Below, in pieces: positions 1 through 8,765 of a stretch of DNA of 55,101 nt. Below the pieces are notes generated by a model that was not told the DNA's origin, did no database searches, and was given only the letters and a program-made list of their open reading frames with translations. The DNA is from a virus (Duplodnaviria > Caudoviricetes). Position 1 is the first letter of the stretch; each line of letters opens with the position of its first letter. The position numbers and the translations under genes were made by a program. The stretch lies in IMG/VR virus record IMGVR_UViG_3300029448_000053, positions 1-55,101 of that record, one strand, 5' to 3'.

Positions 1-166
1 CGCTACCAGCATTGGCAATTTGCCAAGCCTCTCCGACGGCTGAACCATCGGAACCTGTGCCTGTGAGAGTAAATGATGCGTTGTCTTGACCGTAGTCCGT
101 GAGTGAAGACGGGTCGCCTCCATTCATACGGCTGGTCCAGTATTCTGTTGTTGTTGCTATGCTCAT
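1..166 (-). CDS. 5' part of a virion/tail-module protein running off the window (MSIATTTEYWTSRMNGGDP...)
   Basis: ATG at 166-164 overlaps the stop of the upstream neck gene; frame open to position 1; lies in the structural operon. Confidence 0.6.
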   Translation of the reverse strand, partial: MSIATTTEYWTSRMNGGDPSSLTDYGQDNASFTLTGTGSDGSAVGEAWQIANAGS

Positions 167-729
167 GCGTATGCCTCCTGTAATGCTTGTTGAATCCTTA
201 ATTCAATTTTAGGTGCGGCTCTATCACGAGTCTTACTCAACCAATCAAGAGGCTCAAATCCTTCGTGCACTTGATTACCTGTTCCTTTGGCATTGATGAA
301 TCCTCCACCAATAGAACCCCAAGAACTTGAGTTCTTAATGGTCTTAAATGTAAATGGGTAGTCAAAGGGTCGCGCTCCGTATTCAAGGATGGCGGCTAAT
401 TTACCACCACGCTTTCCTTCTACACCACCGTTGTCTATCGGGTCGGAACCAAAGCGAACTTCGGCTTCGTTGTTGGCGTTATTACCTACTTCTACTATGA
501 GTGAGTCAGCGACTTCATTTGCCATGTAGCGCAACTTTGGTCCTGCGTCTTTTTTCAATTCGCTTTGGGTTCTACTTAATTCTTCTCGTAGGACTTCTTT
601 AATTGCTCTCGCCATAATCTCCCCCGAAGTCTTGTCCATTCGCTTCGACATCGAATTAAATGGACCATCGGACATTTTAAAATGAACGGATGCAAAATCC
701 GTTGTCATATTTACGTTAAGACCGGCCAT
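163..729 (-). CDS. Putative neck/tail-completion protein (HK97 gp10-like)
   Basis: 188 aa; AAILEYG...PLDWLSKTRD pattern resembles gp10-like virion morphogenesis proteins; follows the adaptor gene. Confidence 0.5.
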   Translation of the reverse strand: MAGLNVNMTTDFASVHFKMSDGPFNSMSKRMDKTSGEIMARAIKEVLREELSRTQSELKKDAGPKLRYMANEVADSLIVEVGNNANNEAEVRFGSDPIDNGGVEGKRGGKLAAILEYGARPFDYPFTFKTIKNSSSWGSIGGGFINAKGTGNQVHEGFEPLDWLSKTRDRAAPKIELRIQQALQEAYA

Positions 730-730
730 T

Positions 731-1261
731 TCAGTCCACCGAACCTAAGTGAGCAAGTCGTCGGAGTTCTCCGGTTCCACGCATTCTTAGGATGTTGGAC
801 CGAACAGGGTCGGCTCCGGCTTGATGAAACGCCGACTCATCCTCAAGGTAAATTGAGGCTGAAAGGTCAGCACATACTTCTCGGATAACTGCGGCGAACT
901 CGCCTTCTTCGACAGTCTCACCGGATGCGTGGTCGAAAGAAACACCAGTTACTCCCGTAAGAGTGTGGGTGCTTTTACCGGTCCACTTGAATGTATCTCC
1001 GTCAATGTTTCCTATGCCGGAGGCGCTGAACCCTGTGCCGCTTGTTAAGACCACACTTGTCGCACCTGCGGCAACTGTGCCGTTAAGAGTAGTTGTAGCG
1101 ATACTCGCTGATGGAGCATCACGACCATAGTCTCGGAACTCTTGGTCTATGTTGACCGATGCTCTACGGATGGCACTTGTTATGCGGGTGGATGCTCTCG
1201 CTTTTTGAGCAGAGTCAAGTCCGAGTCGGATTGATACGTCAGTGGTAGTGCAATATGACAT
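731..1261 (-). CDS. Putative head-tail adaptor with inserted beta-rich domain
   Basis: N-terminal MSYCTTTDV motif and helical halves typical of adaptors; central TTLNGTVAAGATSVVLTSGTGF insertion. Confidence 0.55.
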   Translation of the reverse strand: MSYCTTTDVSIRLGLDSAQKARASTRITSAIRRASVNIDQEFRDYGRDAPSASIATTTLNGTVAAGATSVVLTSGTGFSASGIGNIDGDTFKWTGKSTHTLTGVTGVSFDHASGETVEEGEFAAVIREVCADLSASIYLEDESAFHQAGADPVRSNILRMRGTGELRRLAHLGSVD

Positions 1262-1416
1262 TACATTACCCCCTGCACATCAACACCAAAGGAAGCGAAC
1301 AGGGCGATAGCGGCGTATTTAATGTATTTAGCCATTGTAGACAATTCGAGAACCGCTTGTTCAAGTAGGCGAACTCGGTCGTCTAAATCATCGAGTCTAT
1401 CATCATTCCTTGACAT
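1261..1416 (-). CDS. Small coiled-coil/membrane protein, 51 aa (MSRNDDRLDDLDDRVRLLEQAVLELSTMAKYIKYAAIALFASFGVDVQGVM)
   Basis: Not in the ORF track; fills the gap between flanking genes; GGTGA SD upstream; hydrophobic C-terminus. Confidence 0.6.
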   Translation of the reverse strand: MSRNDDRLDDLDDRVRLLEQAVLELSTMAKYIKYAAIALFASFGVDVQGVM

Positions 1417-1714
1417 TTTCAATCACCTTCTTTGCTTCTTCAAGTCGGGAGATAAGGTCAGCCTTTGTTCCATCAACTGCGAGGCCGTTATCGTTGGCGA
1501 GCGCAATTAACTCGGCTTTTTTCATTTTCTTAATGGAGGATAGTGAGGGGAGGTCTTCGACAATATCCTTTATGTCTTCGGCCAAGTCAAGGACTTCGCC
1601 AAGAGTAATTTTGCCGTCAGCCATCAATTTTTTGTATGCTTTGTAGCCAGCCAGTCCAAGACCGACGGCGATAGCGGCAATTAGTATAATCATTTCAATG
1701 TCCATGTATCTCAT
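1403..1714 (-). CDS. Membrane-anchored protein with C-terminal SAP/HeH-like motif
   Basis: N-terminal TM (IILIAAIAVGLGLAGY); C-terminal MKKAELIALANDNGLAVDGTKADLISRL. Confidence 0.65.
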   Translation of the reverse strand: MRYMDIEMIILIAAIAVGLGLAGYKAYKKLMADGKITLGEVLDLAEDIKDIVEDLPSLSSIKKMKKAELIALANDNGLAVDGTKADLISRLEEAKKVIENVKE

Positions 1715-1878
1715 TCCTTATATTCAATTTGCTTCACAGCGGATGTCGGGATGAACGAAAATGGCTTAGATTCGCCTACCCTATATACTGCGTAGCCGTG
1801 GTCCGTCTTTTCAATGTTCACATTTGTATAACACCTTTCGGGAGGGATATAGATTATTTTTCCTTTTCTTTTTGTCAT
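1711..1878 (-). CDS. Hypothetical protein, 55 aa (MTKRKGKIIY...)
   Basis: AGGTGA SD before ATG 1878; the longer track start overlaps the upstream gene. Confidence 0.5.
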   Translation of the reverse strand: MTKRKGKIIYIPPERCYTNVNIEKTDHGYAVYRVGESKPFSFIPTSAVKQIEYKE

Positions 1879-1879
1879 A

Positions 1880-2068
1880 TTATTCACCTTGTAAAAACGC
1901 GAGTATTTCATCATGGGTCCAGTCGGGTAATCCCGAAGGCCACTTAGCGGGGTTGATTCTATGCTGTCCTTTGAAGTAGTAAAATGGAGTGTCGTCATCA
2001 GTCCAAGCCCAGTCTTCATCGGGGAACCTTGTTTCTAATTTTTGCCTTAAGTTAATTCGAGTCATCAA
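1880..2068 (-). CDS. Hypothetical protein, 62 aa
   Basis: ATGA-coupled to the upstream fibre gene; GGTG SD. Confidence 0.55.
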   Translation of the reverse strand: MMTRINLRQKLETRFPDEDWAWTDDDTPFYYFKGQHRINPAKWPSGLPDWTHDEILAFLQGE

Positions 2069-4509
2069 GCATCACCTAATCTAATTATTTTTACCGATGT
2101 TCGGTAGTCGTTGTATGAGGCAAAGTAAAAGTTTGAGCCAATAATATAACCGCCAAAATAGATATTGACTGGTGAACCACCGGTTTTTATTTTTGCATTA
2201 CATTGAGTATTCCATTTGACATTTGTTCCATTGATATACTTTGCATCTCTTTGAGTGGCGTATCGTCTATCGTTGCTGTTATTAGTGGATATTGAAAGCC
2301 AACAGTCATCTGTTCCGGCACTTGTTGATGTTCCGAATAAATCCGCCGAAAACCACACATCGTATATTCCGTTGGCGGCGAGTGTTACATATCCATCGGA
2401 ATGCAATACAATACTTGTATGGTCGCTGGATGTAGTAGCCTGTGCCCAAAAAGAAGTGTCGGCTAAGTCAAGACATTTGAATGACCCTCCCGTAGCACCA
2501 CTTGTCGAAGGGTCGTGATTTTCTAATCTCCATTCAGCAAACTCCAATGCAGTGCCGCCACTCATAGCGGCCCATGTCAAACCACCGCTCGCCGCACTTT
2601 GCGCTGTAAGAGCGTAGCCATTGGTGGGACTGTTTGATACCTTGAGGTTTGCTTCATCTACTACATCGTCAGCAATAGTCAAAGCGGTTGCTCCTGTAAC
2701 TTCGCCACTGTGTGTAGCGTTGGTAACTTTTGCTGTATTAGCGGTGATTTCACTATTGATTGAGTTTGCTAATTTAGCCGCAGTTACTTGGTCGTCGGCT
2801 ATGTGGGCGGTGTCAATCGAACCATCTACATAATGCTCGCTGTTAATCGAATCATCGGCTATATTATCCCCATCGACGCAATCAGCATCCAACATAGCAT
2901 GTTCAACTGCACCTGCGGCGATAGTAGCCGCTACTGAGCCGGAGCCACTGGCGGTTACATCTCCTGTGAGTGCTGTGATGCCACCACCACCACCAGCACC
3001 GAGTGTGGTATCGGTTCCGGCATCGTCGGTGAATATGAGTGTGCTTGGTGCGGTATTCTTGACCCATATTAAGCCTGTTGCCGCACTTGGGGCAATAGGA
3101 TGGTCGCTACCTTCTGTCAATTTAATCCCTTTGTCAGCGTGTAGTGTATCGTTTGCGAATGACAAACCTTCATCCGAGGTGAATGTTCCTCCAGCGTTTG
3201 ATAGTTGCACTCTTGTTGCTGGACCATCGGAGGGAGTGATTGGGAATGTATCGGACATCAATGAGACATATACTCCGTCGGATAATTGAGAGAAGTTCCA
3301 TGACCCTTTAATGACTGGTCTACGGACTGAGCACACTGTGCTTGTTGCCCCACTACCTGCTGTAATGTGGCCCTTGAGAACTGCGTCAGCCTCTACTGTA
3401 AGACTGTTGACCGATAGAGTGCGATTGTTGGGGACTAAGGCTTTGAACCCTGCCGTAGCGGGAGTGCGTAGAATGAAATTGTAGAATCTACAAACAAATG
3501 GGGCTGTTCCGAAAGTAGTATCTCCTGTTACGGGGATAGTCCAATTGGTAGCATTCACAGTAAATGCAAAGGTGGAGAATCCCGCATCAAATGTAGTTCC
3601 TCCAATAGCAAAAGTAGATGTGTTTAGAATCTCGAATACCTTACTCGCATTTAGAGTAGAAGTAGCGGATGGGCTGGCATCGGGTGCAAACGTAGATGCC
3701 GAACCTATGTTCATTGAATAAAATGTAGCCTCGTTATGTTCTGTGTATGTGGGAGCAACATATTCGGGAGTGAAGTAGGATGTTCCGGCTGTTGTTACAT
3801 TAGGGTATGGCCCATCATCGAACTTCATTTTCCCAGTTCCATTTGCCGAAGTATTGAATGTGTATGTGAGAATGTCTTGATTTTCAATGACAGCGTTTTC
3901 ACCGTTAAGAACATAGCGATTACCAGTCCCCGAAGGGTAGGCACCGCTTAGAGTAATGGTTTTATTTGAACCGGTAGAGTTTCTCAATGTTGTATCGAGT
4001 GTGAACTTAGTAGTAGTAATGTTTTCATTCATGGCTAATTTTATAGTAGCGACAACTGTAACTGCTGGCCCTGCTGATTCAGTTTGCAGGGTTGATTGAG
4101 TGGTAGTAATAGCATTAGATGAAATACCGGCTATGTCGAATGTTCCGTTGTTGGCGACGTTGCTCGCCCCCGACACTACAATTTGCATACCGACCCTAAA
4201 GCCTAAGTCAGCCCAATTGGTATTGGCATGTGTTATTGTTTGCCCTGCCGTAAATGAAATTAGGCTGGCTGTAACAGTAGCAGTATTATATCCAGCGTAT
4301 GTGGTAAAAGAAGTAAGAGTAAGAGCCAAGTCCCATAGACACACAGCGTTGCCTTTGTTAGCCCCTAATGTATCAGCATGGCCGATATGCACATTATCAT
4401 TAGTGGTAGGAATACCGGCGGAACCAGAGCCATCAGCCGTTGTATTCCAAGCCGAAGCAGTATTAGCACTTGTAGAGCCGCCATTTTGAACCCAGTATCT
4501 ATCGGCCAT
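2065..4509 (-). CDS. Fibre/spike-like virion protein
   Basis: 814 aa, T/S/G/A-rich; fibre-type repeats (IADDSINSEHY, IADDQVTAAKLA, LTGDVTASGSG); beta-rich C-terminal domain. Confidence 0.7.
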   Translation of the reverse strand: MADRYWVQNGGSTSANTASAWNTTADGSGSAGIPTTNDNVHIGHADTLGANKGNAVCLWDLALTLTSFTTYAGYNTATVTASLISFTAGQTITHANTNWADLGFRVGMQIVVSGASNVANNGTFDIAGISSNAITTTQSTLQTESAGPAVTVVATIKLAMNENITTTKFTLDTTLRNSTGSNKTITLSGAYPSGTGNRYVLNGENAVIENQDILTYTFNTSANGTGKMKFDDGPYPNVTTAGTSYFTPEYVAPTYTEHNEATFYSMNIGSASTFAPDASPSATSTLNASKVFEILNTSTFAIGGTTFDAGFSTFAFTVNATNWTIPVTGDTTFGTAPFVCRFYNFILRTPATAGFKALVPNNRTLSVNSLTVEADAVLKGHITAGSGATSTVCSVRRPVIKGSWNFSQLSDGVYVSLMSDTFPITPSDGPATRVQLSNAGGTFTSDEGLSFANDTLHADKGIKLTEGSDHPIAPSAATGLIWVKNTAPSTLIFTDDAGTDTTLGAGGGGGITALTGDVTASGSGSVAATIAAGAVEHAMLDADCVDGDNIADDSINSEHYVDGSIDTAHIADDQVTAAKLANSINSEITANTAKVTNATHSGEVTGATALTIADDVVDEANLKVSNSPTNGYALTAQSAASGGLTWAAMSGGTALEFAEWRLENHDPSTSGATGGSFKCLDLADTSFWAQATTSSDHTSIVLHSDGYVTLAANGIYDVWFSADLFGTSTSAGTDDCWLSISTNNSNDRRYATQRDAKYINGTNVKWNTQCNAKIKTGGSPVNIYFGGYIIGSNFYFASYNDYRTSVKIIRLGDA

Positions 4510-4518
4510 TTAATCAAC

Positions 4519-4905
4519 TCATACAAGGCGGGTCTTTGAATTACCAGTAGCAAAGGTTGCAGTTCCTAAGTCAGTAATCAAAGCCAATGCCTCGTCAGCC
4601 CTTTGCTGAAAAGTCAGTATTTGCTGTTGAAAACGCCTGTCATATACCCTTTGCTGTTCTTCACTATAATACGACGGGACAGTATCTATGAGTATGTTAA
4701 GGCAATCGAGAGCAACCAGCATTTTGATTGCTCCTTCTTTGAGGTCAGTGCTTGGTGCTTCGCTCGCTCCAACTCCGTATAAAGTTCCACGGGCCACTTT
4801 ATTAACCTCGTTGGTCCGAATTGAAAGCAACTCGGTAATGGTGCCCTCATTCAAACCTCTCGGTCTGTTTAGGACATCACGGATGTTGTCATTAGTTACT
4901 GCCAT
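4519..4905 (-). CDS. Putative head-completion/adaptor protein
   Basis: 128-aa helical protein two genes downstream of the major capsid gene. Confidence 0.45.
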   Translation of the reverse strand: MAVTNDNIRDVLNRPRGLNEGTITELLSIRTNEVNKVARGTLYGVGASEAPSTDLKEGAIKMLVALDCLNILIDTVPSYYSEEQQRVYDRRFQQQILTFQQRADEALALITDLGTATFATGNSKTRLV

Positions 4906-5245
4906 TATCTACACCTATTCCCCATCTGTCGTTAAAGTCTTTTGGAACATCAAGTAGAGTAGCACTTTTTGGTGCGTTAAGTTCTCTACCCATGATAAAG
5001 ACCAAGCGGGTTTCGGCAATTAGTCGAGCAAATCTACTATTAGGAACCCAGTAAATACTACCGAACTCAAGTAGGTGTGCTGGATTATCCGCTCCCTTAC
5101 GAGAGGGAGGGATAGCGAGTCTAAAGAGGTAGCCTTTGCCACCATCCCAAGTATCAAGTCGATGCTTTAATTCATCGAGACCTGCGCCTTTTGGCACTGG
5201 GATGTCTTTAGCCTTGAGTCTCTTTATGATTTGAGCCTTATTCAA
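4892..5245 (-). CDS. Hypothetical protein (N-terminal HeH-like motif)
   Basis: TTG start with GGTGA SD directly after the capsid gene. Confidence 0.5.
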   Translation of the reverse strand: MNKAQIIKRLKAKDIPVPKGAGLDELKHRLDTWDGGKGYLFRLAIPPSRKGADNPAHLLEFGSIYWVPNSRFARLIAETRLVFIMGRELNAPKSATLLDVPKDFNDRWGIGVDNGSN

Positions 5246-5261
5246 GGAAAATCACCAGTAA

Positions 5262-6176
5262 TCAAACGACTCCGGTGATTTTGAAAATGCGGTTGTTTTT
5301 GCCAGCGGCGGCTCCATCCTGCATTTCGTGAATCACTGAACCCATGTAGGAGGTGAGTAGCCAAGAGTAGCCAACACCTTCAATTCGAGTAAGTTCTGTT
5401 TCGGTAAATCCGTCGCCGTTGTATTGGAAAAACTCAGCAGTTTGCGAGCCACCAATCAAAAGGAGAGCGTCGCTACCGATTGCTCCGGTTGCACCGAAGT
5501 CTCGTGTGTAGTAGACCGACAAGTTAATCATAGTGTTCAAACGCTCTTGGAGAGATTGAAGAACATTCGTGTAAAGACGAGTATTCAACATTTGAGCACG
5601 GCATGATGCTGGGAGGATAAGAGCGAGTGGTTCGTTACCGGAAACACGAGCGTTCTCGAAGATTTTGTCCATAGCGTTAAGAACGTCAAGTTCTTCGTCA
5701 GCGGCACCAGCACCCCAAACAACACCGCCAGTTGTAGCGGCTGTTTGACCTGCACCTGCGTGCAACTTAGCGAGGATGTGGTTGTCGATAAGGTCAGCAC
5801 GGGCTTGAACGATAGCCATTTGCTGTCGGTTCATGTTTTCCCATGTTTCGCCACGGAGTAGTGTAGAGTCGAGGAAAATACATCGACCTTGACCCTTTTC
5901 AAGTTTGACGGAGTAGTTTGCTGTTCCGATTTTGGTCGGGTCAACAACTGCGTTGTCATCGAGAGGGTAGGTAAATGTTCCTGTTGCTCCGGTATACCAA
6001 GTAAAGGTCAACCACGGGACAGTTCGGACACCAATAACTTGAGTTCCGACAGCAATCGTAGTTGATTGAAGTTGGATAAAGTCTCGGAGGGTTTGTTCAA
6101 GCACTGCGTCGCCTTTACCGAATGGTCCGGTAGCGGCTGTAACTTCGAGTAATTCTTCTAATGATTTGTTAGCCAT
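5262..6176 (-). CDS. Major capsid protein (HK97 fold)
   Basis: ~304 aa; canonical order portal-protease-cement-MCP; MAIVQARADLIDNHIL spine-helix-like segment; alternative start at 6191. Confidence 0.8.
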   Translation of the reverse strand: MANKSLEELLEVTAATGPFGKGDAVLEQTLRDFIQLQSTTIAVGTQVIGVRTVPWLTFTWYTGATGTFTYPLDDNAVVDPTKIGTANYSVKLEKGQGRCIFLDSTLLRGETWENMNRQQMAIVQARADLIDNHILAKLHAGAGQTAATTGGVVWGAGAADEELDVLNAMDKIFENARVSGNEPLALILPASCRAQMLNTRLYTNVLQSLQERLNTMINLSVYYTRDFGATGAIGSDALLLIGGSQTAEFFQYNGDGFTETELTRIEGVGYSWLLTSYMGSVIHEMQDGAAAGKNNRIFKITGVV

Positions 6177-6218
6177 ATTATTCACTTCCATTTATTTTTA
6201 TCATGCTTTCAGTCAGCC

Positions 6219-6644
6219 TCAAATGTGGGCACCTCGACAGAAGACAGGAATTAGGTCGCCAGCGGCAGGGGTAATGCCATCCTCACCGAAGTAATATCCG
6301 ACAAAGGTTGCGCTGTTTGCGGCGTTTGTATGACAGAATCCATCGGACTCTGCGGTTTGGGAGGTGTATAGTGCTTCTCCAGTCTTCATAACACCGCCGC
6401 CAACACACTTAATGTATTGAACGCCGGTCAAAGGTAGGATTGAAACAGTTCCGGTTCCAGCCGCTTCGAGAGTTCCTGCGGCATCACGGCTTGATTCATC
6501 AATTGTTACACCGATTGGTTTGTCTGTAACGCTCGCAGTTATCATAATACCTGCGGCGTTGTATTTCACGAGCAATCCGCCGGATGCGAATGTGTTCTGT
6601 ATGTCTTTTGCGTTAACTGGGGTTTGTCCACTGTATGCTACCAT
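6219..6644 (-). CDS. Capsid cement/decoration protein
   Basis: 141 aa, Gly/Ala-rich, between protease and MCP; KPIGVT and AAGDLIPV motifs typical of cement proteins. Confidence 0.6.
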   Translation of the reverse strand: MVAYSGQTPVNAKDIQNTFASGGLLVKYNAAGIMITASVTDKPIGVTIDESSRDAAGTLEAAGTGTVSILPLTGVQYIKCVGGGVMKTGEALYTSQTAESDGFCHTNAANSATFVGYYFGEDGITPAAGDLIPVFCRGAHI

Positions 6645-6658
6645 TTTTCATCACCTAT

Positions 6659-8329
6659 TTATTGGAGTTCCTCATATAACTTAGCCTTTTGCATATCGGC
6701 TCCAGCCATAACAGTATTGTAGGCGTTTGCCCAACTGTTGTAGCATCGTGCATAGAGGGATTCGGAGGATTCGACAACTTTACCGTTTAGGTAGTTGGCG
6801 ATAACTGGTTCGGAGGATTCTTCGGAAGCCTCGACTGGTTCGGAGGTTGCTGGAGTTGCAGGTGCCATTTCAACAACTGCTTCTTCAACTGGCGCAGGTC
6901 GGGAGGATTCCCACGATGCGATAACGGAGTTCAATGTTTCTGTTGAGAAGTCGTCATGGCCTTTAAGTCCCATGTCGGATGCTTTCTTAACAAGAGCGAG
7001 TCTTGATTCTTCGACACGAGCGAGGTCTGCGGCTTCGTATTCTGCGATTTTTGCTTCTCGCAAAACGAGTTCGGCTTGTAGTGCCTCCATGTCGGATGCG
7101 GTTGATTCAATTTGTTCTTCGGTCATATTATTCACCTTCGAGTAATCAGTGCTACTTTCGGGTTGACACTTAAAGGTTTCATTGGCAATCACCTTTTCTA
7201 CGGTTTCTATGTTCGCTTCGGAATAAGCCGGCCTGTGAACAATGGCGAGATGGTCGAACTCAAAGTCATCAGCGAACCACATAGTAGGGCGACCGCCTTC
7301 TTCGTCGGCTTCTATAATCTCGGTAGGGATTCCTGTTCCACCAATAGATACTCCGTATTCGGGTCGCATCCATAGGCCGGATTCAAGAGAAGCAAAGAGT
7401 TCTGTGCGGTGGACTTCGGCCACGTAGCGAACTTCATATCCTTTTTCGGTAACATGATATGATGCTTCGGTAACAATACCTACTGTGGCTTCATCTACTC
7501 CGCCATCCATGTTTCGACGGAACCTGCCCATCTCGGCTTTTGGATGATTAAGTGTTACATCAGCACCAACCATTTTAGCAGTTAAGCGAGATGCGAGTTC
7601 GGGTTTAATTCCCCAATTGTTTTTGTTAATACCACTTGTAAATGCAATACCACTAATTCGCATAATGCTTTTACCGGTGCTCGCTTCGATTCTTGTTTCG
7701 ATACTGTCAATTTCAATTTCACAGGTTACTGCTACTCTTACACATTCACCATCAATAAGTTCTTCTCCGATAGCACATTGTTCATCACAGGATGCAGTCT
7801 TTTTCTTTTTGTCATCATCGTATGCGGCCTCTTCTTTGAAAGAGTGGCCTTGATGTGCGGCCATACATTCTTCTTCGGAATAACCGGCCTCTTGGCAACG
7901 AGTCATATATTCGCCATGCGTTTCATCAGCCGACGGCGTAGGTTCAGCCGCCTCTACTGATTCGCCTTTGCATCCGCATCCACAGCCCATATCACCTGCT
8001 ACGGTATCGTTTGCTTTATCATCATTTGCTTCTACTTTGTTTGTAGACCATTGACGACAGGACCAATAACCAGCGGTTGTTTTGTCTTTCTTTTCCGCAC
8101 AGTTATGGCGGTCTCGGAATGCTTTGCGTCGCTTTGGGTCATCACGTTTAATCTCCATATTCGGGTCTCCGAATCGGACAATGATAACATTACCTTTATT
8201 ATTTTTAACATAGACGGCGAACTTTTTTGCGCCACCCTTTGTTCGGAATGGTTTGTTAAGTGTAACCTTTCGACCTTGATATTCAGCGGCGGAGAATGTC
8301 TCGCCCCAGTCTTCATATTCTTCTTCCAT
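6659..8329 (-). CDS. Prohead protease/scaffold with extra N-terminal domains
   Basis: RISGIAFTSGINKNNW, LNH, YGVSIGG, HLAIVHRPAY protease motifs; acidic coiled-coil C-terminus. Confidence 0.8.
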   Translation of the reverse strand: MEEEYEDWGETFSAAEYQGRKVTLNKPFRTKGGAKKFAVYVKNNKGNVIIVRFGDPNMEIKRDDPKRRKAFRDRHNCAEKKDKTTAGYWSCRQWSTNKVEANDDKANDTVAGDMGCGCGCKGESVEAAEPTPSADETHGEYMTRCQEAGYSEEECMAAHQGHSFKEEAAYDDDKKKKTASCDEQCAIGEELIDGECVRVAVTCEIEIDSIETRIEASTGKSIMRISGIAFTSGINKNNWGIKPELASRLTAKMVGADVTLNHPKAEMGRFRRNMDGGVDEATVGIVTEASYHVTEKGYEVRYVAEVHRTELFASLESGLWMRPEYGVSIGGTGIPTEIIEADEEGGRPTMWFADDFEFDHLAIVHRPAYSEANIETVEKVIANETFKCQPESSTDYSKVNNMTEEQIESTASDMEALQAELVLREAKIAEYEAADLARVEESRLALVKKASDMGLKGHDDFSTETLNSVIASWESSRPAPVEEAVVEMAPATPATSEPVEASEESSEPVIANYLNGKVVESSESLYARCYNSWANAYNTVMAGADMQKAKLYEELQ

Positions 8330-8335
8330 AAAAAA

Positions 8336-8764
8336 TCACTTCTTTGGTTTAATTGGAGTTAATTTAACAATGGTCTCTTTATGCTTTTCAACAACATGAG
8401 AGTGTTCCTGTGCGGCTTTAAGCATTAGTTGTTGGTGCTCTTGTTCGGACTTTTCCATCTCTATTATATGTTGCTTTTTCATTGCATCACGGATGCGCTC
8501 GTGTTCCATTTCAACACCCATGTTATCAATCTCAATTTGCTGTTCCGATTCCCACATACGGAGAACTGTTCCAAGTGCCGGAACTGCAACGCCACTAATA
8601 ATTGCCAAAAGTGCAATGAAGCCATCAAGGTTCATTAGAACGACTTCGGGTTTCCATATACCCATAGCCACTACCGCACCTGCGGCGAGAAGCCAAAGGT
8701 AGATTGTTGGTAATACTGTTCGCTTAACCATACGGTCATTAAATGTGTCTTTGTTTTTCATCAT
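8336..8764 (-). CDS. Two-TM membrane protein with coiled-coil tail
   Basis: Two hydrophobic segments; GGAGG SD upstream of ATG 8764. Confidence 0.6.
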   Translation of the reverse strand: MMKNKDTFNDRMVKRTVLPTIYLWLLAAGAVVAMGIWKPEVVLMNLDGFIALLAIISGVAVPALGTVLRMWESEQQIEIDNMGVEMEHERIRDAMKKQHIIEMEKSEQEHQQLMLKAAQEHSHVVEKHKETIVKLTPIKPKK

Positions 8765-8765
8765 T

